Below are positions 50,973-64,000 of a DNA stretch of 64,000 nucleotides, one piece after another. Position 1 is the stretch's first letter. Each line of letters begins with the position of its first letter. The translations under genes and the position numbers were made by a program. This DNA comes from Paraspadella gotoi (taxonomy: Eukaryota; Animalia; Chaetognatha), in assembly GCA_051294375.1 (NCBI GenBank), contig CM119265.1:3851025-3915024 (forward strand), read 5' to 3'. The notes under the pieces are model-generated. The model saw nothing but the letters and a program-made list of their open reading frames with translations. It made no database searches and was not told the origin of the DNA.

Positions 50973-53900
50973 CCGTACGTACGGACAGGATGCGCGGCGG
51001 ACGTAACAAGTTCGGACCGATGTACAAACGAGATCGAGCACTCAAGCAACAGGCGCTCAGACAGCGCTACCTATTCGCCGGCGTTCCTGGTAATTAATCG
51101 ATCTTCCATTTTATGAAGATAATAACATTTTTCTGCTTTTAAAATTATTTTAAAGATCAAAGTGTTCCAAAATCGTATTCAAATGTATGTTTAGCAGGTC
51201 CATTCTTACTTTACTTTCCCGCCATTTTTGATCCCAACCGAACTTTCCCGTCGAAGTTTGGCCGATTTCATTTGAGTTTCGTTAACCATTCCTGAATTGC
51301 GATTTTATAATTATTTAATCCTTTTATTGCAACATGCAAATCGGTTTTAAGGCACATTTCTTCAATCCTCCTCCCCTTTCTCTCCCTTTCAACGCCGTCA
51401 GGCTCGGCCCTAGGGGTTCCGCCCCACCCATCTCAGGGACAATTGATGTCATCGGGATCATCGCCCGTCGGGTCGCAGGGGAGTGGTGCCCCCATGCTGG
51501 CGCTCCCGTCACCCCCGGGGCACCATCATCACCACCCCGTCAACGGGGCCGCTCTCACTCCCGCCCACATGAACGCTTCCGGTGAGTTTGAGAGGGAAAA
51601 GGTAAGGACATTTCCTTGAGTAGGAATTTGTTTTTAGTTTTTATTACATATCTTTAGAAAACGGAGAAACATATACTAAATTTTTTTCATTTATAAGTTA
51701 TATTTTTTCCTTTCTTTAATAGCAGGTGTCAAAATTAAAAATCGCTCATTTTTCGATCGTTTGCTCATTTGCTCATTTTTTGAAGTTCAATCTATTTTTT
51801 GTAGTTTCATTTATTTTTTTCCCTCTTCATTACATCGATGTTCTTTTGGTTGCATTTCGAGTTCAAAATACCAGTGCAGTTATAAACAGAGGTCGCTCCG
51901 GCTAGAGCGGATTTCTAATTTTTAACAAAAGACAAACGCCCTTGAACTCAATATATTTTCTCTTGAACAGTGACTACCTCTTCCGCCTCTTCCGGATCTC
52001 CGCCCAACGGTTCGCTCAACCACCACCACCACCACCTCCACCTTCCCGGTGGCGGAGGCGGGATGGGTCACCACCCTCACCACACCCACCCTCATTCATC
52101 CGAATACCATTCTCACTTTTCCGCCCCATCCAATCTTCCACCGCCTCCGGCCCATCCGCACGGCCACCCGCTTCCGCCCACCTCGGCTGCTGCGGCGGCG
52201 GCGGCGGCGTTCCATCACGGAGCCGCGGCGGCGGCGGCGGCGGCGGCGTCGTCAACGTCGTCGTCTTCGTCGTCGTCTTCGTCGTCGTCGTCGTTTTCCT
52301 CCGCCGCCGACGCACGGGAATCCGCTGCATCACTCCGTTTACGCGACGCCGTACGCCTCAGGTGGGAGATACATTCGATAAATCCGTGCAACAATCAATC
52401 TTAATCAATTCAACATCATCAATCAATCAATTTAAAATCAAATTTAATCAAACTCCAACTGTGCGCAAAAGCTACCAGTTTATAAATACTCATTTATTTT
52501 AAATAAATGAAAACAACCAATCAAAAAGATGAAATTCAACGAAATCCTCCAATCAAAATCTCATCCTCACCTCTTCCTCTTCCTCCTCCCACAGAAACGG
52601 TCTCGGTTTCTGCCCACTCACAACTCCTCCTCTTCCTCCTCCTACTCCTCGTCCTACATCAAGACGGAAACCAGACGCGCCGCTTCCGGCTTCGGTTTCC
52701 ATCGCCGCCGCGCCATCCCCGGCGCCCAACAACAACAACACAGAACAGCAACGGTGGCGCCGGTAGTGGTCATTCCTCCCGACTGAACCGGAAGACGTGA
52801 GATGGCGGAGAGCGTTGTCAGGGGAATCAATGAGAGAATAGCGATTCAATATATAAATCTATTATCTATAAATAGGAGTCCAACTCATCAATTCTAATCA
52901 TCAATCCATCAATCAATTCTCGAAAGGTTGAATATAAGAAATTTTTATTATTAACCCATCTCCAAATGTAATGATTGATACAATCAAAGAAATGCAAGCA
53001 ATCAATCTATGCTAATAAAATAAATCAATTACATTATTATTTTTTTTCCATTTTTTAATTAAAAGAAAAGATAGTTATTTTTTTAAATTTATGATTTTCG
53101 CCCTTTTACTTACCTTTTACCTTTTTTTGTCCAATTTCACTCAGCCTCCATCGGCGCCACGGTCGCTCGTCTCTCCGTCGCCGTGACGCCGCCAAATCCT
53201 AAGGACGCCATCTGCTGACGTTGAGCGAACCGGAAGTTCACAGGATACGTCGATCCACGACCAAACGTTCAGAGGTGAGATTGCCCTTTGTATTTATAAG
53301 TAATCTAAGTATGGTATTACATATTCATAAATATTTCATAAGTAAAAAAATCTTTTTGTTTAATCTGTTAAAAACTTTTATTGGTTTATGGGACTATTTA
53401 TTGTTGTATTGGACTGACTCTATAGTAAAGTTTTTATTCATGTCACAGATTGAATCATTAATTTATTGATTGATTAATTGATTGATATGTTCAATTGACC
53501 TATTGTGGATTGAATGTTTAGATAAGCGAATGATCGATCGATTGATTGATTGATTAATTTCCTCCCTCCGCCAGACCATTTCCTTCCCCGGTCTGGGTCC
53601 GTCCCCGAATGCAGAACATCGCCCCTCAACATGGCGGTGACGGGCGCCCCTAGAGGGCTCCAACCATCCTCTGCCCCATCCATCACCACGCTGTCCAATG
53701 CCCTCGCCGACGGGCACCAGCCTCACCACCCACACCACCAGCGCTCGGCGGCGGCAGCGTCGGCGGCGGTGGCCGTCGCGGCGTCGATGGCGCGCGCCGG
53801 CGGACTGCCCCTTCGTCGCGGATCGTCGTCGTCGGACGGAGTCCCATACGGCGGCGCCGGCGTAGTCCTCGGTCTAACGCCGAACAGAGTCCGCCAGACT

Positions 53901-56640
53901 GTCACTCACCGCCCGCCGCTGGGCGAATCTCTCTCAACAAAAGNNNNNNNNNNNNNNNNNNNNNNNNNACCGGAAGACGGTGAGATGGCGGAGAGCGTTG
54001 CAGGGGAACCAATGAGAGAATTGCGATCAATATATATCTATTATCTATAAATAGGAAGTCACTCAATAAATTCTATCAATCAATCCATCAATCAATTCTC
54101 GAAAGGTTGATTTATTATAAACTTTTATTATTAACCATCTTCAAAATGTAATGATTGATCAAATCGAAGAAATGCAAGCAATCAATTCTATACTATAAAA
54201 TAATCAATTACTTTATCTATTTTTTTTCGTTTTTAATTAAAATAAAAGCAAGTAATTTTTTAAATTTATGCTTTTCCCTTTTTACTTACCTTTACCTTTT
54301 TTTGTCAATTTCACTCAGCCTCCATCGGCGCCACGTCGCTCGTCTCTCCCGTCGCCGGTGACGCCGCCAAATCCGTCAACGGACGCCATCTGCTGACGTT
54401 GGCGACCGGAAGTCACAGGATGACGTCGATCCCGACCAACGGGTTCAGAGGTATGTATTAAATATTCATAAATATTTCATAAAGTAAAAAATCTTTTTGT
54501 TAATCTGTTAAAACTTTTATTGGTTTATTGGACTATTTATTGTTTGATTGACTGAATCTATAGAATAATTCATTCATTCACAGATTGAATCATTAATTTA
54601 TTGATTGATTAATTGATTGATATGTTCATTGACTTATTGTAGGATTGAATGTTAGATAGACCGAATGATCGATCGATTGATTGATTGATTGATTTCCTCC
54701 TCTCCGCCAGACCATTTCTTCCCCGGTCTGGGTCCGTCCCCGATGCAAACATCGCCCCTCAACATGGCGGTGACGGGCGCCCCTGACGGGCTCCAGCCTC
54801 CTCTGCCCCACCATCACCACCACCCAATGCCCTCGCCGAGCGGGCACCAGCCTCACCACCCACACCACCACGCGCTCGGCGGCGGCGGCGTCGGCGGCGG
54901 CGTCGGCGGTGGCGCCGGCGGACTCGCCCCTTCGTCCGGATCGTCGTCGTCGGACGGGAGTCCCAACGGCGGCGGGCGTAGTCTCGGGTCTAACGCCGAA
55001 CAGAGTCCGCCAGACTGTCACTCACCGCCGCCGCTGGGCGGACATCACTTGACGGGTAAAGGCGCCATGGGGTGATGGGGTAAAGAGCCTGTATTTAATG
55101 GCGTAAAGGGCCTGTATTTGATGGGGTAAAGGGCCTGTATTTGATGGGGTAAAGGGCCTGCATATGATGGAGTGCGAGGTCATAGGTTACTACAAAATTA
55201 GTGATTAGTCAAGACGTCGTTGTGTAAAATTCCAACTGATGTTGACTCTTGCAGATTTCAATCAACACTCGATTACAACCAAGATTGCACTTTGCTTCCC
55301 TATCGATGAAATTGTATCATATATTTATGAACTGTTTTAATTTTATAAAAGGTCTACTCCCTTATGTTATGTCATTATTTATGTTAGAGTAGGTCGTAAT
55401 TTGTATCGTTCCATCCCAGGGACCTCGTCTCTCTCCCCGCCGCCCGGCCTCAACGGCCCGCTGCCCCTCGGTTATCCCTCGCCAGTCTCGGCCCTCGATC
55501 CCTTCGGGCACCCGAGCTCAACATCACCCCCGCTACAGCAGACGCAGCATCAACAGCAGCAGCAGTGGAATCATCGGCACGTGGCCAACGGGAGAAGTCA
55601 GGTGAGAAAGTGAAAAAGTGAGAAAGTGAGAGGCCTCAGTTCAAGACTCAAAGTACGAAGGTGAGTTTTGGTGAAGGTGAGAACAATTTTTTTTCTTGAA
55701 GCGTCCACGCGTCTGTCTATAAGTAGGTTAGGGAGGGTAAGAAGAAAAGTAGGTTTAAAAGAAAACGAGATCTGAAATAAATTATAAATACAAATTCTTT
55801 CAGAAACAATACAAATTACATATTTCATTTTTGTCCTATTTTTGTCCCTAGTAGAAAATACTTAACATTTTGAATTAAACGCCGCATTCCAAAAACTTTT
55901 GACTAAAAGTCTAATTTGCATATTGCAGTAGAAAACATCGTTTGTTGGGTTCGTGTTTTGGAAAGAAGGATTAATTGGCCAATCTTGTTTGCAAAACGAT
56001 TTTAATTCCAACGAATTGTAAACAAAGAAGAGCACGAAGATTTTGTGATGACGTCAGTTCATTCGAAATAATCAAGTCTTTTTTTCTTATTTAAAATATA
56101 TATTGCGAAATTGAATAATTTGATATATTTTCGAGTGTCAGTGTATGTTCATTGAATTTACTGTTAATACAAAAAGCAATATATTTAATCAATAATAGTT
56201 AATTTAAGTGCAGTAATAGTAATAATACAAAAATTGACTTTTTCAAGAGATTGGTCAAATAGATAAATTGATAAAATAGTCGTTGAGAGAACCGTGTCCG
56301 TGGCTTTGCTGCGTGACGATGGCGATGATAAAAGATGATGACTCTCCGCAATCCATCCTCCCTCCAACAGCCCGCCCTGCCCGACATCGTCCGGGATCTC
56401 CAGTTGGCCGACTCGTCGGTCAACGCCCTCCTCGACAAACTCGACGCCGTCCTGCAGATGGCGCTGGCGGTGACGGACGGCGCCGGCTCGAGCGGCGTCG
56501 GACTTGGCGGCGTCGTCGGCGCCACCGATTTGCCGGAAATGCCGTCGGATTCCAACGGCAACACGGGACTGGCCTTTGCCGCGTCGCCGGCGGGGGAGCA
56601 GTTGTACAAGCTCACCGATCAACTGCTGTTTCTGCAGGTC

Positions 56641-56683
<43 letters not shown>

Positions 56684-58045
56684 AAAAAATCAGCCAGAAA
56701 GAAATTTAAATTTACTCAAACACTTATATTAAACAGTCTTACACTTACATTTATACACTAACGTTTACAAATGAACTTTTCTCTCTTCACAGGTTGACTG
56801 GGCGAGAAATTCAATGTTTTTCAAGGAGCTCAAAGTCGACGATCAGATGAAGCTCCTACAAAATTGCTGGAGCGAACTTCTCGTGTTGGATCATTTGTTC
56901 AGACAAGTTTGTTGCTCCAATCACCACCAGAGTCCCGACGGCGCTAAGATCGACTACGTTTTGGTGAGTTGCTCCTTTGTTCAATCATTAGCGATCCGCG
57001 CGAAATTTGTTAAGAAAAAAAAATTAAAACAAAAAATGTTAACAAATCCATAAATAAGTTAATTAACGCAATAAAAAAAATAATTCGTTCCCTCTCAACA
57101 GTCATTCTCCGGCGGTCGGCTGGACAAGCTCGCCCTGGACCACTACCAGTTAAACGACGTGGCTCAGAAGATCAATGACCTCTGCTCAAAATTGGCCGAA
57201 CTCAATTTTGATCGTCACGAGTACAATTGTCTCAAGTTTCTCATTCTGCTCAATCCCGGTGGGTGAATTCATTGGTTAATTCTTGATACTTTGATAGGGT
57301 TTTACGAGAAAACTTATTATTTAGTTAATTATTAAGTCAAGATTTGTAACCACCAATCAATAAATTTAGGTGTTTTAAAAATATCCATTTTGTATTTATA
57401 CGTAAAGTCTTTTGTTCACAACCTATCCATAGTATACGCGAGCGAGAGTGCTGTGTTCCGGTGATTTACTTTCACATTTTTTCCAGACGTGATCGGTTTG
57501 TCAGACTGTGACTTCGTGCAACAAAGTCAAGAGAAAATAAATACTTCGCTTCTCAATTATTGCCTCCTTTTTTCGCCAGACATCAAAGTAAGATTTGTTA
57601 AAGAAATAAAATAATATGTAAACAATGTATTATTAGGCACTATTTTATGAAAGCGCTTTATTTTAATTTAATTTTAACTTTAATATTTACCTCGAATTAT
57701 TTGGTAAATGATTAACCCAAATTAATTAATCCAAAATTTGTAACCTAATCTGTATCCTTAACTGAAAATTTAAATATCTAATTTTATTTAAGCCAAACTT
57801 GATTCTAAATTTAAGGTCAAATGGGGCGCTTTCGGAAAATGTGGCCCAATAATAATCCAGATAAAATTAAGATAAAATATAATATGTTTCTTGTCCAGGA
57901 CAAATTCAGTCAACTTCTCCTTCGACTTCCGGAGATCAAGCTGCTTTCCATTCGAGTTGAGCAATACCTCTATTACAAGCACATGAACGGCGAGGTGCCT
58001 GATCAAACTCTGCTGGTGGAGATGCTCAACGCCAAGCACAGATGA
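50973..58045 (+). CDS. ftz-f1: FTZ-F1/NR5A nuclear receptor: FTZ-F1 box, hinge and ligand-binding domain exons (multi-exon, 5'-partial)
   Basis: GT-AG exons: 50973-51089 ([27 protein letters not shown], the FTZ-F1 box), 51402-51581, 51971-52361, 52595-~52796 (IKTE; noisy), 54319-54450 (duplicate 53145-53274), 54711-55055 (duplicate 53575-53943), 55420-55601, 56371-56637, 56793-56963 ([33 protein letters not shown]), 57102-57258 ([10 protein letters not shown]), 57487-57587, 57899-58045 ([28 protein letters not shown]-2). Splice phases are consistent from 54711 to the stop. Confidence 0.97.
55074..55168. repeat. 23-bp intronic minisatellite, about 4 units
   Basis: Unit gatggggtaaagggcctgtattt. 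Confidence 0.85.
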
Positions 58046-59198
58046 AGAACGCGCTTGGTTAAAGAGGTCTCGCTACGAGTGCTTGCTCGGAGTCTGCGGA
58101 ACAACAACAACAACGAACAGCAACAGTTCTTGTTCCGCAAAATTTCACACAATTAATATAGCCCACTCTGTCTCTCTCTGTTTCTTAACGAGGAAACAAT
58201 ATTTCTGCAATAAAAATTTAACCAAACGTTGCTCAATCTCGTTTTAATAANNNNNNNNNNNNNNNNNNNNNNNNNNNNNNNNNNNNNNNNNNNNNNNNNN
58301 NNNNNNNNNNNNNNNNNNNNNNNNNNNNNNNNNNNNNNNNNNNNNNNNNNNNNNNNNNNNNNNNNNNNNNNNNNNNNNNNNNNNNNNNNNNNNNNNNNNN
58401 NNNNNNNNNNNNNNNNNNNNNNNNNNNNNNNNNNNNNNNNNNNNNNNNNNNNNNNNNNNNNNNNNNNNNNNNNNNNNNNNNNNNNNNNNNNNNNNNNNNN
58501 NNNNNNNNNNNNNNNNNNNNNNNNNNNNNNNNNNNNNNNNNNNNNNNNNNNNNNNNNNNNNNNNNNNNNNNNNNNNNNNNNNNNNNNNNNNNNNNNNNNN
58601 NNNNNNNNNNNNNNNNNNNNNNNNNNNNNNNNNNNNNNNNNNNNNNNNNNNNNNNNNNNNNNNNNNNNNNNNNNNNNNNNNNNNNNNNNNNNNNNNNNNN
58701 NNNNNNNNNNNNNNNNNNNNNNNNNNNNNNNNNNNNNNNNNNNNNNNNNNNNNNNNNNNNNNNNNNNNNNNNNNNNNNNNNNNNNNNNNNNNNNNNNNNN
58801 NNNNNNNNNNNNNNNNNNNNNNNNNNNNNNNNNNNCCCCAAAGAGAAGGCTTCCATTTTTTAGTTAACATTTTTAGAATTTGCAAAAATTAACTGTTCGT
58901 CGCATTTCTTGCGAATTTCGCAAATTTCGCAAATTTTGCATGTAAAAAAAAACAAACAAAAAAATCGTACTTATAACGTCGTCGCGCACAGATTTCGTTT
59001 AGTGGAAATATTTAAGATTAACAAATTTAGAAATAATTGTCAAAAATAACTTAAATACGGAATAAATGATACAAGATTCGTCACTTTTTCTCACTCGTCC
59101 CTCATTTACAGAAATAAAAAAAAAAAAGGATCGACGAATTCCTCAAAATCTTTTATTATTCTTCTAAAGAAAAATAAGGTTTTAACTAAAAAGAAAAT

Positions 59199-59356
59199 CT
59201 GACCTTTTTCGATCGGAACCTCACCTGACTTAATTTCCTGACCTGACCTGACCTGACCTGACCTTTTCCGAACGGAACCTCACCTGACTCATTTCCTGAC
59301 CTGACCTGACTGACCTGACCTTTTTCCGAACGGAACCTCACCTGACTTCATTTCCT
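59199..59356. repeat. ~58-bp tandem repeat (about 2.7 units) with an internal (CTGAC)n array
   Basis: Unit ctgacctttt..cggaacctcacctgact..atttc(ctgac)n. Confidence 0.85.
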
Positions 59357-61746
59357 CAATTCCTCACCTCCCCCCCCTCAGCCCCAAGACAGGGCGGGGG
59401 GTGAAGGGGGGGAGTCCCCGTCATCGATCTAGTCTCCGACGCAACGAAATCCGTTGCGTCAACCATTTTTGTTTTTTGTTTTTTTTCTGTTTTTCTTTTT
59501 GTTTTCTTTTGCCATAAAGTTTGTTTTTTTTAAATTAAAATACTCGGAATCTTTTTTTTTCAGTCGAAAAATAATAAGTATTTTCTCCTTTAGGATGTTG
59601 CACTTTTGCCAAATCCCAATTTTACTTGTGTAATCTCGTTGAGTTAAAAATACGAATTATTTCAAGAAGAAAATGAAGACTAAAAATAGCTTATTTTAAA
59701 AAGAAAATAAATATCACCGTTCAATGATTATATTTTAAAAACTCGCCTTTTTTTGCATCGATATCAGAAAAAAACTATGCACAGTGGAGCATGTATCGTA
59801 AATATTTAAATAGCATTGGTATGATATTAAATCGTATTAATTTTTATGAATTAAATGCAGATTGTTGTTTGGCGACTTTTGTGGTTTTTTCGCCTGTACT
59901 GTATAATGTATAATGTATAGTTAATTCGTGATTTAAACATTAAACAAAAAACTGTTGGTATTTGATTGTCCATTAACAAGATGAATCATATATATATATT
60001 TTTAGCACGATCAAAAAATTGTTAAATGTGAAAATTTTCGTCCGTTGTTGTTTACGTCCATTGTTGTGAAATTAGGTGACCGTCTCTCTCTCTCTCTCTC
60101 TCTCNNNNNNNNNNNNNNNNNNNNNNNNNNNNNNNNNNNNNNNNNNNNNNNNNNNNNNNNNNNNNNNNNNNNNNNNNNNNNNNNNNNNNNNNNNNNNNNN
60201 NNNNNNNNNNNNNNNNNNNNNNNNNNNNNNNNNNNNNNNNNNNNNNNNNNNNNNNNNNNNNNNNNNTCTCTTAACAATCCCAAATTGTTTTTAACAAAAT
60301 GTTTAATATTTGATCTTCTTAAAACTTTTCTACAAATCATGAACTTGTTTGAGTAAACTTTTTCAGAAACGCTTAATTTTAAAAAATCCCTCGCCTAAGA
60401 TCTTTGTCCGAATTTTGTCCCTTAACTTATCTCGCTCTCTAAATTCCCATCCGCGCCCCATTTTCTCCTCCCCGAGAAGCCCAAGCTCAAACCCTAGCCC
60501 AACCCTAGCCCAACCCAGCCTCCATCCAAGCCCAACTAGTGTCCGCTATTTCGTTCACTCACTGATCACCACATTAAAAAAAAACTGACTCAAAAATCCA
60601 TCCTTTTTTACCTCGTAAATTCGTCATCGTGTCTAACATCGAAAAAGCAAAACAAATGCATTTTTTGGTTTTTTTTCAATAGTGGAGAAAGTCTATATAT
60701 GAGTCGATGTGTCTCTCTAACTCAATCTCTCTCTCTCTCGTCTACGTCTCCTCATCGCTCTCTCTCGTCCAGTCTCCTCTCTATCTCCTCATCTCCTCTC
60801 CTCTCTCTCTCTCTTATACTCAATCATTATCTCTCTTTTTCCTCTATTATCATATCTACTCGGTCACATACATCATCTCTTCCTCACATGGCATTTCGTC
60901 AGAGAATTCGAATCGTAAGTTATTTGTTCCTTATTATTTATTTGTACTATTTTCGTTATCATTTTGTTCATGACAAAAATAAAATTAGATGTGTCGAAGG
61001 TACGTATTTATTTTTTGAAGAAGACGAAACGGATCAGTTGATGACAGCAGATATTAAATTATTATATAATTATATATTCAATTATTCATACACGAATTTT
61101 ACCAGACATTTTTTTGCCTGTCTTAAATTATTTTGATTTGAGTGATTTGCAAGATCGTTAAATTCCTAAAGAACCTTTACATATATACAACATACATCTC
61201 TTTTCAATTTCCCAGTTCTTCCCCTAAAATGTTCCTAAAGTGCCCTTCCTTCAATGACAGCTAATTTCGTGGCGAAGAAACGATAGTCAACTCATCACAA
61301 ACTTAATTTATTATAAAAATAAAGACGAGGGAAAAAAATCAATTAATGTTGGTTATGGAAATATAAAATGATGAAATGAAAATCAAAACAAACGGACAAG
61401 TAACAAATTTTTCCGGTTTTTAGGACGCATTAAGGAATAAATAATAAACAAAAGGCAAAACGAAGAAAAGGTAAACAATAAAAAAAAGAATCACAGCACG
61501 TTTCTTATGTCTTTTTAGATTTTTAGAAATATATAATTCCTCAATTCCAAAAAAAGTTGTAAAAAATAAGTAATTTGGATTATTTATATCTAAGTATTAA
61601 AAAACAGGCTTTATAATCCATACATGCTTAAATTTCTTCATAATAGTTTGTTAAAATAATTTTCCGAGGCGGAGTAGTTTTTTTAGGGAACAGTGAATCA
61701 TACTCATATAGTATAATCATTTCGCGTCAGACAATTATTTAAAACC

Positions 61747-61917
61747 ACGGAGCAGGTATAACGTCAAACAAAGAGGCGGTTTAAAAGTTGAATAAAAAGG
61801 CTTCCCCATTGGGCACTGCACTACGGAGCAGGTATAACGTCAAACAAAGATGCGGTTTAAAAGTTGAATAAAAAGGCTTCCCCTTTGGGCACTGTACTAT
61901 GGAAAAGGTTTAACGTT
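61747..61917. repeat. 75-bp tandem duplication (2 units plus a partial unit)
   Basis: acggagcaggtataacgtcaaacaaaga..gggcactg is repeated. Confidence 0.85.
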
Positions 61918-62087
61918 ACCCGTTTTCTAGGGCTGCGCCCATTAAGGGACGAGGCTGCATTAGGTGTCAGCCTCTGGGTGTGACCACTGGGAACCATTAG
62001 AAATGAAGTTCCAGGTCCAGGAAGGCACATGGGTGTAACGCTTCTAAAGATCCTCCGGGGTCGAAATGAGGCGTGGAGTCGATTGTC

Positions 62088-62884
62088 TCAAAGAAAAGAA
62101 ACTTCGTCAGTTTCTCTACCGGAAACGACGGAAGATGGCGCTTTTTCCGTCGACCCGAGAGACGACGTCTTCGTGTCGTCGTCCTCATCCTCTTCATCCT
62201 CCTCCTCCTCCTCCTCCTCCTCTCCATCTCTCGGCCAAACCTTCGAGGGAGGCTTCGGCAGCGGTCTCGGCAGCGGTCTCGGCAGCGGTCTTGAGAACGG
62301 CCGTCCCTCGGCGCCGGTTTCCACGTCGTCGTCGTCGTCGTCTATGAACGACGCCGGAGGAGTTCTTTCGTCCACATCGTCGTCGTCATCGTCTTTGTCG
62401 TGGACGTCGACGGTGATAAAGTCAGCTTTGACAATCGACGATTTCCGGCCGGCGTCACCGGCGTCACTGGCGCCGTTTCGCCTCGGACTAGCGAAGGACG
62501 ATAAAGAGCTCGAGAGGCGCGCCTCTTCTTCTGGCGGCGCCGCTATTCGCGTTTTGACGCCGGCCATGGCCCTGCGCCATTTTTGTGACGCCGAAGTGAC
62601 GAAGATCGGGGCGTCGTTTTCGTCGTCGTCGTCATCGTCGTCGAAACTCGGCGCCACGGCGGCGAGGAACGCCGTCCGACCCGGCGCGAATCCGACGCCG
62701 CTTTCCGCCGGCGCCCCTTTTTGCACTTCGTATTTACGACGCCGTCGGGCTTCGGCGGCGCCAGAGTTTCGGGAAGCGCCGGAAGAAGATTCGCTGCCGG
62801 AATCGGAGGCGGAAGTGCCGGTGAGATTTCGGACGTAATCGGTGCGTTGCGGAGGCGTTCTGGGATTCCGCGGAGGCGCCAAGA
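62088..62884 (-). CDS. Probable exon of an unidentified gene encoding an acidic, low-complexity protein
   Basis: GC-rich ~800-nt open frame behind a pyrimidine tract and AG at ~62885, with composition like the verified exons. No recognisable domain, and the reading frame is uncertain. Confidence 0.5.
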
Positions 62885-63006
62885 CTTGGGGGGGGGTGGA
62901 AGGGGGTTGGAAGGGGAAGGAGAGGGAATGTATATGTTTAATTATATTATTAAATTACTTTTTCATTTTCTCTTCACTTAGGCTCACAAACATTTCTCAA
63001 ATCCAT

Positions 63007-63063
<57 letters not shown>

Positions 63064-63100
63064 TCTCTCTCCTCTCTCTCTCTCTCATCTCTCTCTCTCA

Positions 63101-63189
63101 CGCAAATGACGATTCCTCGACGCCCAGACGCACCAGCGAAGACGACGACGCCCATCGCCAAAAGTCCCTCGCCCGTCGTTGATTCAGCT
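63101..63189 (-). CDS. Candidate small internal exon of the same unidentified gene
   Basis: GC-rich segment bounded by gttttcag| and |gtgaga on the minus strand. Its phase could not be matched with certainty to the neighbouring exons. Confidence 0.35.
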
Positions 63190-63482
63190 GAAAACAATAA
63201 TTGACAAAAGAGCATCAAGATTCGGGAGATTTACATTACGAAGCCTATTAGTATTGACAATTAATTATTTATTTATGTTCAGGTTAAATGATGAATCCTG
63301 GAGAAAGAAAGATAGTTTATTTATTTTATTGAAGCGTTCTTCTAACATTAGTCAATCGAATGATGTTCATCTTTAATAATTGTTTCTGAAGTCCATATAT
63401 TTTATTTTTCGAAACAGAAAAATGATCAGTGAGTGTTTGAACATTGAACAAAATGATGAAAAACCCACTAATTCCTAAACTT

Positions 63483-63992
63483 TCAGTCGACAGCGTATCT
63501 ATCGCTCCCATTTTGATCCGATTTTGATGAATCCAACAAAATTATACTCGTCTTTCCGGTTTTACCTCGAAATACCTTCTTTTTGTGCAGTCGTTTAAAT
63601 GACGAAACCGAATCAACAATATCTCCCAAGTTTAATTTATCCCCGTCGTTTCTTTCTCGTTTCGTCGATGTATTTTTGAGATTTGATAAACTTCGAAAAA
63701 TGAGCCGCCGAAGTCCCGGCGCCAACGACTCCCGAATTTTCTTCGGGGATTTTTGCGGCGACTCGCCCTTTTGGGACCCCGAGGTCTCATGGAACACCCC
63801 GAACCCTCGACTGAGTCTCTGCTTTCTCGACGTCGTCCCCGCCTGGGCCAGTGCCCTCTTCCTGCTCTGCAGCTTCCTGCTGAGACCGCGACTTCTGGCT
63901 CTGACCGGCGCCGCCGATGAAAAAGATCGGAAAGAATCTAAAAGATCGAGAATCCTTCGTTTGGTCAAACAGTTGGTCAACCTCGTCGTCAT
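63483..63992 (-). CDS. Basic R/K/S-rich ORF (169 aa), probably an upstream exon of the unidentified gene
   Basis: Non-repetitive open frame with a gccATG context that may continue past the window edge. No known motif recognised. Confidence 0.45.
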   Translation of the reverse strand: MTTRLTNCLTKRRILDLLDSFRSFSSAAPVRARSRGLSRKLQSRKRALAQAGTTSRKQRLSRGFGVFHETSGSQKGESPQKSPKKIRESLAPGLRRLIFRSLSNLKNTSTKRERNDGDKLNLGDIVDSVSSFKRLHKKKVFRGKTGKTSIILLDSSKSDQNGSDRYAVD

Positions 63993-64000
63993 GGCGACGG

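Noticed and set aside
62029-62838. 269-aa plus-strand ORF
   Set aside because: Antisense shadow of the GC-rich minus-strand exon, with poly-Ser from (TCG/TCC)n and a GTG start.

Overview
Gap-rich, microsatellite-laden draft assembly of a non-arthropod invertebrate animal genome, not prokaryotic. Most of the window is one plus-strand nuclear receptor gene of the FTZ-F1/NR5A family. Its second zinc-finger exon lies at 13830-13984 (indel-damaged), and its FTZ-F1 box, hinge and ligand-binding exons lie at 50973-58045. The ~37 kb intron between them hosts, on the opposite strand, an intact CsRN1-type Ty3/Gypsy retrotransposon (gag plus pol, a -1 frameshift pseudoknot and an AT-hook tail on integrase) and a complete 7-exon matrix metalloproteinase gene of 588 aa. 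Several GC-rich, highly structured dispersed elements share modules, and two of them carry a twister-ribozyme-like skeleton with a broken T1 pseudoknot. The window also has Helentron-type (HINE/DINE-1-like) repeats, a MITE family, minisatellites made of transcription-factor motifs, four adjacent near-duplicate blocks that look like assembly artefacts, and part of an unidentified minus-strand gene at the right edge. All calls were made by eye; no database search or folding program was run.
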